This document shows, piece by piece, positions 12,462 to 25,120 of a stretch of 64,000 nt of DNA. The notes beneath the pieces are model-generated. The model was given only the letters and a program-made list of their open reading frames with translations, had not been told where the DNA came from and did not search any database. The stretch's first letter is position 1; each line of letters opens with the position of its first letter. The translations under genes were made by a program, and so were the position numbers. The stretch comes from Sphyrna mokarran (Eukaryota): contig JAGIQG010000024.1 in the NCBI GenBank assembly GCA_024679065.1, forward strand, positions 32,984,001 to 33,048,000. Direction: 5' to 3'.

Positions 12462-12940
12462 GAAGCTTTCTGGATGCATCACAGCTTGGTATGGCTCCTG
12501 CTGTGACCAAGACCGCAAGAAACTATAAAGGGTTGTGAACATAGCCCAGTCCATCAAGCAAATCAGTCTCTCATCTATTGACTGAGTACACTTACCACTG
12601 CCTCGGGAAAGCAGCCATTATAATCAAGTGCTGCATGCATCCCAGGTATATATTCTTCCAAATACTTCCGTCGGGAAAAAAAGTACTGAAGTCTTAGGTT
12701 GCGTACCATCTGATTCAAGAACAGTTTCTTCCCTGTTGTCATCAGACTTTCGAATGAATTTACCTTATACCAACTTGATCTTTCTCTACACTTTAAGTAT
12801 GATTGTAACACTACATTCTGCAACTTCTTTCCTTCTCCTCATGCACCCTATGAACGGTATGTTTCATCTGTATAGTGCAGAAGAAACAGTACTTTTCACT
12901 GTATTCCAATATATTTGACAATATTAAATCAAATCAAACT
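12462..12940 (+). mobile_element. Rex1/Babar LINE 3' fragment
   Basis: gcatcacagcttggtatggc...aagaacagtttcttccctg; tail ttgacaatattaaatcaaatcaaa. Confidence 0.85.
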
Positions 12941-14519
12941 GAATGTCAGACATAGAAGAGGACTATTTTTTATTTCTACCTTAAGATAAACATATGGAAT
13001 AAATAAAGGTCTATTTAATTTGTGTTGCCATAGACAATGCACAAGAGGCACTTTACCTTGACTACCAAAGTCCATATCCTTTTATTTGCTGTTAAAGTAA
13101 GAAACCATGCATATCTTTGTGAATTTGTCAACCCCAGGTAGCATTTCATTTAGTAAGCCAATAACACTCCGAGATAAAACAGTTTGCCTTAGGCCATGAT
13201 CTCTTTGAATACTTGGAAATATTATCCAAAGGTATATTCTCTCAATTTAACAAAAAGGTGTAGTCCACAATCACTTCAAGGTGTTAATGCTTCGATTATT
13301 TTCTAACCCCTTTTTACAGACAGAACAGACAATAATTTTATAATGACTAAGATTGGTGAGCATCAATTATTTGTTAATTAGTGGAGTATTTACATATTTC
13401 CTTCCCATTGCAAGCAGATAATTTGCATTAGCAGTAATTACCATTTATTTTATTCATGTTTTCAGTTTAGTTTTCAATTTTGCACAGGATAAAATTATTA
13501 CCGATATCTGTAATCAAGAGATATAATTTACTAATAAATGGTGCATAAGATAATTGTGGCTGATGCCATAATTCTTCCAACAATGAATTCCAGATCTCAA
13601 TTTGTCCAAGGTGAAAGCCAATTAATCTCAGGAAAATATGAGAATTTGGAGATCAAATTAATGTGATCCCACTCTGGATTATTGAGTCCTTTCATGAACA
13701 AAAATTTAGGAGCACACCAACTACTTACAACATGGAATAAAAATGAAGGGAAATATGTAAATCTAAGTGATTTAATGTGAATTAGTGAAAGGAAGCCACA
13801 ATCTGAATCACACCCACTTTCAGGTGGTTTTGTGGTGTTAAACTAAGCTAAGGGATTGCTGTATTTCTATGTTTGCTGAATATAAACTTACCAATCTTAA
13901 ATAGGACAGGCAAACTAATAGGAGTTCAGTATATTTGAAGATGTGAAGCACAGGGTTACTTAGTAAACAGATTTACTGTAAAAAGCCACCAGCTACTGTT
14001 AACAAGAAAAACAATAGCTCTTTTACACTACATGCTGACCTGAAAGTTCCCTTAAACAATGTCTGCTAGTCACATGATTTGCATCCTGGCCTCTTACTCA
14101 TTACCATATTTCTCTTTAAAGTAATCATGCATGGGGAATGTTTTTGATGAAATAATTTGGGCACTAAAGAGTTAAAGAGATGGCCAAGATAGAGTCTTAA
14201 ACTGCAATGTTGATTTAGCTACATTTAGTGCAAGTCACCACATTGGTAAAGCAGCTAAGCACATGTTCGGATGGCTACATTCAATTCATTTAGGGGCTGA
14301 TTGACAATTAAAGTGCCTGACAGCACTGTTTAACAATGATACCATTTTGGTGGATAATGCTTCATTTCACAACCTCTCCAAACTGCAACCAGCTGAGCAG
14401 AAGCAAACAAGTCCTGGCAGAGTGTTTTGAGTGTTACTGAGAGCCACACTCAGCCATCAATATTCACACAGATTCTGATCAACTAAGAACCATGAATTAA
14501 TAAAGGAACATCTTTTTGT

Positions 14520-15800
14520 GCTCAACCAAATCAACAAAATCAACTTAACTTAGGCAAGTTAATAGGGAATAGATAGCTTAGATTTTTCTGAGTTCTACTA
14601 ACTTGATTGAGATAAAATACTGAAAGAGTTGATGAAGATAATACAAGTGTTGCATGTGGTCTTTCAAAAGGCATTTATTAAACTAACACAGATGTATTCA
14701 GAAAGTGAACACTCATGGTACTGAAGCTAGCTTGGATAGATAAATATCTATCACATAGAAGCAGAATGTGATGGGTACAGATGCCTTTTTTCAGACTGGA
14801 AAGAAGTGAGGGGCAGGGACAGGGTGGACAGGGAGCAGCTGTTCCCCTTCCCCTTGAAGGGTCAGTTACGAGGGCACACAAGTTAAAAGTGAGGGATGTG
14901 AAGTTTAGCAGCGGATTTGAGGAAAATCTTTTTTACCCAGAGGGTGGTGAAGATCTGGAATATGCTACCTGGGAGAGTGGTCGAGGCAAGTTACCTCACA
15001 TCCTTTAAAAACTACCTGGATGAGTACTTGGTGCACCGTAACATTCAAGGCTGTGGGACAAGTACTGGCAAGTGGGATTAGGTGGATAGATCAGGGCCTT
15101 TCATGTGTCAGTGCAGACTCTATTCGCTGAGAAGTCTGTCTTGCACTATAGTACTCATTGCAGCAGCAGCCCCTCAACGTCCCATCACTCCCCCAAATGG
15201 CTGATATTGGGATTATTTCTTTGTTACATATAAATGACCCGGAACTGGACAAAGAAATACAATTTTGAAGTTTGCAGATGATATAAATAGTGAGCAGTAT
15301 AGTAACAAATCAAGGAATTGCGTATCGAACCTAGTGAAATGTGAATAGACTAGGCAGATGCAATTGAATGCAGGCAAGTGTGAAGTGATGGGCAACATGG
15401 ATTTGCAATATATTTGAAATGGGATCATTTTCACATTTACAAATTGTTGAAAATGGAAGGACAAGTTGATGAAATCGTTAAGAGAGCTTGATGAATAAGG
15501 ACATTAAGCAAATATGTTGCCTTCATTTTAAAAAACAGTAAACTAACCAACAGAAGAACCAAAGAGAAATTAGCTGATATTTTAAAATTGTTGCTAAGAG
15601 TTGGATTGCACTCTGTGAAAGAGTGGTAGATCGAAGCATATTCCATTGGAACGTTTAATGGACTTTTGAAGAGTGCAAATTCTCAGGGCTATCAGGAAAA
15701 GACTGGGGTGTGGGCTAAATTAGGCAACTCTTTTGTAGAGGTAGTGCAAATGAAATGGGATGAATATCCCCATTCTGTGAGAATGTAAGATTCTAACTGA
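14520..15800 (+). mobile_element. Degenerate CR1 RT with a second CR1 3' end nested at 14840-15155
   Basis: tttcaaaaggcattt (FQKAF), aagtttgcagatgat (KFADD), aagtgtgaagtgatg (KCEVM); nested tail ttttacccagagggtggtg. Confidence 0.7.
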
Positions 15801-15907
15801 TCAAAAATCCTGAAATATGAGAATTACAAATACACAACTTTGGATCAGAGGGATGTGAAAGTTGGAGTGAAAAGGAAGATAGGTTGCAATGGCAAAATAT
15901 ATTACGA

Positions 15908-16238
15908 CATGGTGGCACTAATGCCTCACAGCACCAGGGACCCAGGTTCTATTCTTCGTTTAAGTTACTCTCTATGTGGAGTCTGCACATTCTCACCATG
16001 TCCACGTGGGTTTCCTCAGGTATCCGGGTGGAGGCTGCACATTCTCGTTGTGGTCTGCATGAGTTTCCTCTGGGTGCTCTGGTTTTCTTTCACACTCCCA
16101 AAGATGTGCTGGTTAGGAGCATTAGCTATGCTAAATTCTCCCTCTGTGTACCTGAACAGGTGCCGGAATGTAGTTGCTAAGGATGTTCAGAGTAACTTCA
16201 TTGCAAGCCTACTTGTGACACCAAAAAATACACTTTAA
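15908..16238 (+). mobile_element. V-SINE with Rex1-like tail and duplicated V-core
   Basis: tgcacattctc appears twice; tail cctgaacaggtgccgg...taacttcattgcaagcctacttgtgacac. Confidence 0.8.
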
Positions 16239-16289
16239 ACGAGGAATTAGTCAACAATTACTTGTAAAAATATTGGAAACAAGAGACTT

Positions 16290-16420
16290 GGGCTAGAATT
16301 CTCCAACCTTGCTGCGATTATCCAGTTCCACTGCTGTGAATGGAGATTTGGGCAAGTGCCAAATTCTCCATACTCACTGGCAGTGATAGTGGGCATGCAA
16401 GACTGGATTATTCTGGATGT
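16290..16420. mobile_element. Harbinger-type MITE
   Basis: Terminus gggctagaattctcc; internal similarity to 12050-12160 and 60885-61000. Confidence 0.5.
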
Positions 16421-16421
16421 A

Positions 16422-17500
16422 TGTGTATCTGGTTATAGCATTATGTTCAAATCTTGGACAAAAACCCCAAATTATATGAGGACACCAAGCTCACCCTATT
16501 AGAGCTATATGTCAGGAAAGGATATTTCCTTCAAGGTTGATTCACTAACAAAGTAACTATTTTTTTTAGAAAAACAAACTTTATTTAATATTGCAATTCA
16601 AATATAATGTTAACAAATGAAACAACTTAACTGACACTGTGAACAATATTTAAAATGAAAAAAAAACTTTAATTTCTATTTTATTACTGTCTTAATTCTA
16701 AGTAAGCAACATTCTTCTTACAGACTTAAATGGCACTTTAAATACATGTCTTATCTATGAAGAGAGATTGGGTAGACTGGGGTTGTTCTTCTTGGAAAGA
16801 CAGAGAACGAGACGAGACCTAATAGAGGCGTACAAAATTATGAAGGGTATAGATAGGGTGAATAGTGGGAAGCTTTTTCCCAGGTCAGAGGTGACGATCA
16901 TGAGGGGTCACAGGCACAAGATGAGAGGGGCGAGGTATAATTTCGATATCAGAGGGTTATGCAGAGGGTGGTGGAAGTCTGGTATGCTCAGCCAAGTAGG
17001 ATAGTGAAGGCAGACACGCTGGCATCATTTAAGAATTACCTGGATAGTCACATGAGCAGCCTGGGAATGGAGGGGTACAAACAAATAGTCTCGTTGGACC
17101 AATGCGCGGCACAGGCTTGGAGGGCCAAAGGGCCTGTTTCCTGTGCAGTACTGTTCTTTGTACAGTTAGCAATCATAAATATACTTGCTATAATGACCAT
17201 AGATAGTTTTGAAGCTCTTAGAGAGATATAGAGGTCCAGAAGCATGCAAAATCCTTCTAACTTCAACCAGGCTTCAGTTGCAAACCCAAACTTCTTTCTG
17301 CAAAAGATTTTTTCTCTCTGCTACTGACCCAGAACTGCACATAAACCACATTAGCACATGAACCTGTTAATCAATCTAATCAGAAATCCTAGGAGGACCT
17401 AAGGAGACAAAGTCCTTCAGTGTTACTTAAAATAAACTCTTGCAAGGTGAAATGTAATTATCCTGCTCTCCCAACATCTGAGCTGCATTCCCAACAGACA
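16422..17500 (-). mobile_element. Possible solo LTR split by a CR1 insertion
   Basis: tgt...aca-like ends, minus-strand AATAAA (tttatt near 16580); taca flanks the CR1 on both sides. Confidence 0.3.
16748..17160 (+). mobile_element. CR1 LINE 3' fragment
   Basis: ORFs 16768-17004 (LGLFFLERQR..DLIEAYKIMKGIDRV) and 16959-17231; CR1 tail. Confidence 0.9.
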
Positions 17501-17719
17501 TAGTTTGTTTTCCTTTCGTTCAATATATTGTGGTTGTCACTGCTAAGATCAGCAATGGTTGCCCATCTCGAGGTATCTCTTGAACTGTATGACTTATTCA
17601 GGGGGCAGTAAAGAGCAGAACCCAGGGGGAGAAGGATGCAGATAATGGTGATAATCAGGTCCCATGATCTAAAGGGACATTGGCTTGGTGTTGCAAATGG
17701 AAATCCTCATTGTGCTTCC

Positions 17720-17880
17720 AAATGTGTGTGGATTAGGAGGATTACCCGTGTTAAATTGCGCCTTAGTATCAAGGGGATTAGCTAGAGTAAGTGCACAAGG
17801 TTGTAGGATTAGAGCCTGGGTGGGATTGTGGTCGGTGAGACCAAATGGCCTCTTTCTGCCCTGTAAGATTAGATGAATCC
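17720..17880 (+). mobile_element. HE1-like SINE 3' part
   Basis: taaattgcgccttagt...ggtgggattgtggtcggtg...caaatggcctct. Confidence 0.7.
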
Positions 17881-18169
17881 TTCGCAGCCACCATAACAGG
17901 TCTGAAAGTCTGGCTTCTTAACACAAAATCGGAATCATCAACCTAGTGTACTAATTTTCATTTTCCCAAAGCCTGTCTTTCAAGTCAGCTTGACTGATAG
18001 TTGCTGCTGACAGGAACCATTGCAGTCTCAGACCTTTGGGCAGCTTCGTGATTCCGATTAGTTAGTTTTTAAAATCCCGCCAGGAAAACCACAGAACTGT
18101 CCCAAGGTTGGCAGCAGTAATTCCTGTTCACGGTTACTGTCACAAGACTGTGAATGAGAGAACAACAAT

Positions 18170-18366
18170 TTTGGTCGGAATCATTGAACGGTTTCAAGAC
18201 AGACATGAATGTATTTCTAATTAAAAAATGGAATAAAGGGGATATGGGGAACAGGTGAGGAGATGGATTTGTGATCAGGGAGAGATCAGCCATGAACTGA
18301 ATGGTGAAGGAGGCTTGAAAGGTTAAATTTGCCTACTTTTGTTCCTAATTCCATTGTTCCTATGTT
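18170..18366 (+). mobile_element. CR1 3' tail
   Basis: gatcagccatgaactgaatggtgaaggaggcttgaaagg...gttcctatg. Confidence 0.75.
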
Positions 18367-19036
18367 TTATTTCTATATCATTAAAATTTGATTTGTCTAA
18401 CGGGGAAAGAAATTAGTTTGTCAGCAGCACCTATATTTGCTTAGAAGATGTTAGTCAAATCCCTCTAAATATCTTGGAGCCAAATGATTAGTGGAGATGA
18501 GAGACGGTGGACTGGGCGGGGGGGGAGCTGGTATTGCTGTTGGGGAGATATTGGCAGGGTAAAGGGGCTGAGTGGCGAATTGGGGATTTGAAGAACTATT
18601 CTTAAGGTTTAGTGCCATAAAATTAAATACAGTGCACTTCTCAGCATTATTTTGGAATTTAAACCAACATATAAATTTGATTTGAACTTTTGTTCTGCTC
18701 TAAAATAGGTAAGCACAATTTTGATTATCTGTTCTGTTGATGAACTAGAGGCTTACAACTCGGGTTTCATCCAAATAAATGTAAAAAGCTAAAAACCAAG
18801 AGTGATACAAAGCAGGGTGTTGATCTATTATCACATGTTTTATTATTCTTGAAAAGTGATGAAATCTTTATTTTTGACGAGGAGATTGCTTAAAGAAAGG
18901 TTTTACAAATCTTTACTCCGTCATAGGCTCACCCCACGTAGGCTGTAAATTCAGCGTACAATACAATTTGTATGATAACTTCTGGCGGAAGGGGCAACAT
19001 GCAAGTTCTTGAGTTAATATTGTACTGAATTTTTGC

Positions 19037-19162
19037 AGTAAGAAGTCTCACAACACCAGGTTAAAGTCCAGCTATGCGTTTACCATCAAATAAACTCGTT
19101 GTACTTTAACCTGGTGTTGTGAGACTTCTTACTGTGCTTTCTTTAGTCCAAAGCTGGCACCT
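19037..19162. repeat. Palindromic Penelope-terminus element
   Basis: cagtaagaagtctcacaacaccaggttaaagt ... actttaacctggtgttgtgagacttcttactg is a ~32-bp perfect inverted repeat, followed by a unique tail. Confidence 0.75.
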
Positions 19163-20165
19163 CTTTTGCACAAAGAATGTATCATTCTTTGAAAAAAAAA
19201 ATCAGATCAATAGTTTAGCATTTTTTCTTGAGTTGCTGGAAGGTATGTGATTGAACAATCCTGGGGATAGGGTCATTGGCATAAAATGGACAAATGCTAT
19301 TTATGGTATAATGTGAATTAGTGATAGAGAAATCACAATGGTATGGTTATATTAGCGACAGAGTTCAATTGTTCCGTAAATGTAATGTTTTTTGTAACCA
19401 CTTTCTGAATATCAGCTAATTGCATTGATTAATTAACCTTGGAAGAATAGAATTCAGTCTCCACTGTCACTATTGCTACACTCACTCTGCCTACTGCATG
19501 CAAATATAATGAAAGAAAGACAAAACCTATATTTATGCAGCACCTTTCACAATGTCCCAATTTGCTTCAAAGCCAATTCAATATTTTTAAGTTGCAGTCA
19601 CGAATATAATGTAGCTAATGTTATTAAATGGCAGATCAGACTCAAGGGACCAAATGGCTTACTCCTGCTCTGAATCATATATTTGTGTATCATTCTGGAT
19701 GGATGAGATGAGCTAAGTTAGATAGTCTCTGTCATCCATAATTATCTTCTGAATAGAAGGTGGAATCATGATAGAGGATCTGTTTATATCGATGTTCATA
19801 GTTATTTACTGTGAGTGGATTTTATGGGGTTAAATGGACAGGATAGGGGTGCATAATGAGCTCAAAGTGAATCAGTAACCTGTTTTACACTGAATATGAT
19901 TCTCAAAAGTCTTTTCCATTAACTTAAATCATGTCCTTTGCCTACTTACTTATTATCCCAACCTATCTTGATGTGTCCACTAGGTAATAAAATATTGTAG
20001 TAAAGTTGTATTGCATAGTAGATATTGAAAACGTATTGTCACGTGAAGGGGCAATTGCCAGTCTTCAGATCTACTGATCAAGATAGCATCGATACAATCA
20101 TGAACCATTCAGATTTTGCCCTCTGGCCTCTTAAAAGTTGTGTCACACTGAGGCACCAGAGGGCT

Positions 20166-20707
20166 CCAATGCTTCTCACTGACAGTGAAGACCTATTTTG
20201 TTTAATCAATCCACTTTGTTGCTTGGGAATCATTTGATCTTTCTACCCTGCAAAGTTCCTGGTAAAATAGAAACCAATTACCTTCTATGAAATAATTATA
20301 TCAAATATTATCATGAATCTAGGCAAGAACATCAACACAATGGAATAAATCTTGTGCAGTTTTTCTGAATTGCAAGTATTAAATCTTTTCCCCATCTTTT
20401 AAGGTACAATGTGTAGTCCATGTAGCATTATAAATAATTAATGGAATATTTTCCACTCAAATTAACAATGTTGTGTGATGCTATTAAAGTAAAATTTAAT
20501 ACTTGCAGATAAACCACTCAAGATTTATTCCATTGTATCGATGTTCCTGCCTAGGTTCATGATAATATTTGATATAATTATTTCATAGAAGGTAATTGGT
20601 TTCTATTTTATCAGGAACTTTGCAGGATAGAAAGATCAAATGGTTCCCAAGCAACAAAGTGGATTGATTAAACAACTTAGGTCTTCACCATCAGTGAGAA
20701 GCATTGG
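20166..20707. repeat. Long inverted repeat (fold-back): arms ~20166-20384 and ~20494-20707
   Basis: ccaatgcttctcactga...gaaaccaattaccttctatgaaataattatatcaaatattatcatga is mirrored by its reverse complement; ~110-bp spacer. Confidence 0.95.
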
Positions 20708-20806
20708 CTTGTTTAATAGTTATATTAGAATCACATGTATGGCATAAACAAGCTAAAACTGCACAATATCATTTCAGCTCTTAATATTATTGACAGTGCC
20801 TTATAA

Positions 20807-21937
20807 ACATAGAACATAGAACAGTATAGCACAGTACAGACCCTTCGGCCGTCAACGTTACATCGAGCTATGTCCAATCCCAAGATCAAGCTACCCCACT
20901 CCCGATCATTCTGGTGTCCTCCATGTGCCTATCCAATAACTGTTTGAAAGTTCCTACAGTGTCTGACCCCACTTTCACAGCAGGCAGTCTATTTCACAAC
21001 CCAAACACTCTCTGGGTGAAGAATCTACCTCAGACATCCTTCCTATATCTCCCACCATTAACCTTGTAGTTATGCCCCCTAGTAACAGCTACATCCACCC
21101 GAGGAAACAGTCTCTGCACGTCCACTCTCTCAATCCCTTCATCATCTTATAAACCTCTATTAAGTTGTCTCTCATCCTCCTCCACTCCAAAGAGAAAAGC
21201 CCCAGCTCCTTCAACCTTTCCTCATAAGACCTATCTTCCAAACCAGGCAGCATCCTAATAAATTTCCAATGCTTCCACATTTTTCTTATAATGAGGTGAC
21301 CAGAACTGAACACAATATTCCAAATGTGGTCTCACCAACGTTTGGTATAGTTGCAGCATAACCCCACAGCTCTTAAACTCAAACCCCCTGTTAATAAACA
21401 CTAACTTACTATAAGTCTTCTCCACGGCTCTATCCACAAGGCAACCTTCAGAGGTCTATGGACATGAGCCCCAAGGTCTCTCTGTTCCTCCACATTCCTC
21501 AGATCCCTGCCATTGACCCTGTAATCCACATTCAAGTTTGTCCTATCAAAATGAATCACCTCACACTTATCAGGGTTAAACTCCATCTGCTACTTTTTGG
21601 CCCAGTTCTGCATCCTCTCAATGTCTCTTTGCAGCTTGCAAGAGCCCTCCACCTCATCCACTACTCCACTAATTGGTGTCATTAGCATATTTACTAACCT
21701 GCCCTTCAGCCCCTTCTTTCAAGTCATTGATAAAAATCACAAAACGCAGAGGACCCAGCACTGACCCCTGTGGTACACTGATGGTAACTGGCCTCCAGTC
21801 TGAAAATTTTCTCTCCACCACCCTCTGTCTTTTTTGATACAGCCAGTTACTTATCCAATTGGCCAATTTTCCTTTGATCCCACACCTCCTTATCTTCATC
21901 ATGAGCCTACTATGGGGACCTTATCAAACACCATCCT
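20807..21937 (-). mobile_element. CR1 LINE, frameshifted RT
   Basis: ORFs 21669-21902 ([13 protein letters not shown]), 21401-21586, 21255-21437 ([13 protein letters not shown]) and 21089-21313. Confidence 0.92.
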
Positions 21938-22024
21938 TGAGTCTCTTTTGCTGCCACAGAACCTCCTATCTCTTCCTCTAACCATTGCATCCCAATTATT
22001 ATTGCTCTCCTGCTCCCTCCCCTT

Positions 22025-22125
22025 CTGAGGCACAGATTCTGCACAGGCACTGATCCAGGCCTGGAGTTGACCGAGTTGACCCAGGCCTGGCGCTATGAGA
22101 CAGCAATGCTGAATGTTCTGCCACT
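22025..22125 (-). mobile_element. V-SINE head fragment
   Basis: ctggcgctatgagacagcaatgct is the reverse complement of the SINE tRNA head. Confidence 0.6.
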
Positions 22126-22129
22126 ATTG

Positions 22130-22960
22130 AGTGGATAATTGAATCTGGAGGTGGCAAAGACATGGATAAGGGTTTCAGTGACATGGGCCTTTTAGGATGG
22201 AGAATGGATGTGTTGTGGACGTGAAATTGGACAATATTTGTGATGGAGAGAATTGCTGAGTTGAAATGGATGGAACTGTCTGCTTTAACATTGGGCAGTG
22301 ACTGGGGAGGGGAATAGAGTCAGCGGCAAGGAGTTTGTGGCAGAGACTGGATAGTGATGAATGTGGAGAGTTTCCATTGAGAACTGAAGGAGATGGCTTC
22401 AGTCATTCCAATGGCTCATAACTTCCTTGGAGTATCAATTACTGGTGAATTGTCAAATGCAGGGACTTAATCTCTGCTGGAATTTCAGGGTCACTGTCTT
22501 GCTTGACCTTCCTCACTCAGGCTGGTTGGGGCAGGAAGAGCGAAGCATTCCCTGGCTGAAGTAGCTTGTTGTAAATAGAAGAGTACACACCTCCTTTTAA
22601 CAGCATTAGCTTCCATAAAGCATTGTGTTTAAAGGGATGGACAAACTGCATGAGGATCAGGGTAAGAATTCTGACAACACCAGGTTTAAGTCCAACTGAT
22701 TTATTGGATAAACTAATAAATTGGTTGGACTTAAACTTGGTGTTGTCAGATTACTTACTGTGTTTACCCCAGTCCAATGCCGGCATCTCCACATCACGAG
22801 GAGCAGGGAACAGTGGTCAGACTGTTAGTGGTTGGAGAGGTTCGGGGAAGCAAGGTAAGACTGGAAATGGGGAGTTGAGGGGATTGGAGGAGGTCCTCTC
22901 GGGGGTTAGGGATATGTTGGGATGGAAGTTGTCTCATGCCGGACTCTGCCTGGATCTTTA
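22130..22960 (-). mobile_element. L2-clade LINE fragments
   Basis: ggaggggaatagagtcagcggcaaggagtttgtggc...atggcttcagtc resembles the reverse of the L2 RT downstream region at 39660-39740. Confidence 0.5.
22660..22797. repeat. Palindromic Penelope-terminus element
   Basis: tctgacaacaccaggtttaagtccaac ... gttggacttaaacttggtgttgtcaga; tail ccagtccaatgccggcatctccacatc. Confidence 0.75.
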
Positions 22961-23849
22961 AAATGGTTACTCTGAAGTTAGAAGTCTTTTTTTTCCCCCT
23001 TTCTGACACTTGCAGGATAACTATGAAGGTAAAAGTTTGTGATCTAAATTGCTTTGTCAGATGGTTCTCAGCCCAACACAATTGTTTAGGGGAAATTAGC
23101 TCTTTGGAGTTTATTCCCTACATGGAAATTTCAAGAGGGTATGCCCAGCACATCAGTGGGCTTCACCCAAATGAGACACTAGCGAACCAGGAAATTACAG
23201 TCCAATGTTCAGCTAAAGTAAATTGTGGCTCTTATCATGTGAGAGTGTGGAGCAGGTGGCCTGATTGAGGGACAGTGGAAGGATTCAGAGGGGCGATGGA
23301 AAAATACGTTCTAACCAAAACAGCAATGATGACATTCAAATAGACTGAGACTGCAGTTATATAGGAAATTTAGTGCTGATTAACTTTCCAGTAGCTACTT
23401 ATCTAAAGATCTGAGCACCAGTTCAATATGCTCCTGCTCAGCCTTCAGTTATATAGTACTGGCAATGTGCTCCAAATCCTTACAATCAAAAGCAAAAGCT
23501 TTAGGTTTTCCTGCTGTCTCCCTTTTCCCAATGTATCATATTTAAGGCACAACTCATGCATCTACCTTTTTGTACATTGAACAGTTACAAAAGTACGGTG
23601 GTATAGGATATCCAAGGTTCACACAGGCTATTTTCATCTCCCCCACCACCCCACCAACCCTCCCACCCCCCACCACCGTCTTGGAATCAGAAATCTGTTC
23701 ATTTTGTTTATAATCTCCACCTTTATATAACAAGAACAGATTGTGCTTCCTAAATTTTTTATTGTCTTTTGCTGAAGTAAATTTGTTCATGTTTCAGATT
23801 GCTTACCCTTTTCGAATGTGAATGACTTTGTGAAGGTCAGGTTTCCAGC

Positions 23850-24200
23850 TCGTGATAAAGTCTCATCAATCTGAAATGCTAACTCCATTTCGGAAATAAC
23901 TCCTCGGATGCCGGTATCCCATCACCCAGATTCCCTTTATTTAGAAACTCTATTCCACTCTAGAGTGCTTCAGGTACAAGGTCGGATCTGACACTCCCAT
24001 ATTTATGTACAGATGAGGCTCCCTGAATATGCAGGCAATCATTACCTCGATCAGGATGCTCATTTCCAGGAGGCAAACCGCGTGAACCTCATTGCAGTCA
24101 TTACGGTTTCTCTCTCCACACATGCTGCCTGATCTGTTGTTATTTCCAGCATTTCTGTTCTTATTTCAAGTTCCAGCAACTGTAGTCCTTTCCCAACTTT
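23850..24200 (+). mobile_element. Penelope terminal repeat (decayed hammerhead) split by a solo LTR
   Basis: tgataaag..ctgaaatgctaactc then tttctctctccacacatgctgcctgatctg; same family as 535-680. Confidence 0.7.
23892..24105 (-). mobile_element. Solo LTR, ~215 bp
   Basis: Interrupts the PLE repeat; near-TSD atttc/gtttc; decayed TG..CA ends; minus-strand AATAAA. Confidence 0.55.
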
Positions 24201-24564
24201 GGTTGACTTCTGGTGTGACATTCGTCTCATACTTAATCAGCAATTTAATCTCCTACCTCTGATGCTATAAAATACCAATGCAGTAAAACATAATAACCTT
24301 GATAAATTGTCATGATTATGAACTCCCTTTAGAAGCTTCTATGTGGAGCACAACTCAAAATTACCACAAAAATAGCAGAAGCCACAAATGATATTTGGAG
24401 ATGTTGTTTGGTTACATTTGAAGGAAAGATCCTGGTTTATACCCACAATGTAATCCAGATGTGCAGGAACATAAAACATGTTTTGCAACTTTTAGATGGA
24501 AAGTATTCCTGTAAAAGGTATCTTTTATAATCCAGGTTTGAAATAGTTATGTAAGTTTTCTGTT

Positions 24565-25120
24565 CATTCATTCATGGATGTTAGTATCATTGACGACCAT
24601 TTTTTGACCATTCCTAATTGCTCTTGAGTAGGTGCTGATGCCTTGGACTTGTAATTCCCATGCTGCAGAGAAACCTACGGTGCTATGAAGGAGGGAGTTC
24701 CAGGATATTGATCCAGCAATAACAAAGCAATGGTGATATATTTTCAAGTCAAATGGTGAATAGCTCACTGGGGAATTTCTAGGTGGTGACATTTGCTGGC
24801 TTTGTCCTTCTAGATAGTTGCAGTGGTGAGTTTGGAAGGTGTTACCTAAAAAGCGTTGGTGAGTTCTTGCAGTGTATCTTGTAGATGATACACACTATTG
24901 CCACTGTAGATTGATAACGGAGAAAGTGAATGTTAAAAGTTGTGGATGGAGGTGCCAGTCAAGCAACCTGCTTTGTCCTGGATGGTGTCAAGTTTCTTGA
25001 GCGTTGGCGAAGTTGCACTCATCCATACAGTGAGGAGTATTCCACCACACTGCTGACTTGTGATTCAATTGCAGTTTGTGGACAGGCTTTGGGGAGTCAG
25101 GGGGTGAGTTACTTGATTCA
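24565..25120 (-). mobile_element. Second CR1-clade LINE family, ORF2 C-terminus and tail
   Basis: Minus strand encodes VVEYSSL and TLKKLDTIQDKA-like peptides; tail ttcattcatggatg. Confidence 0.75.
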
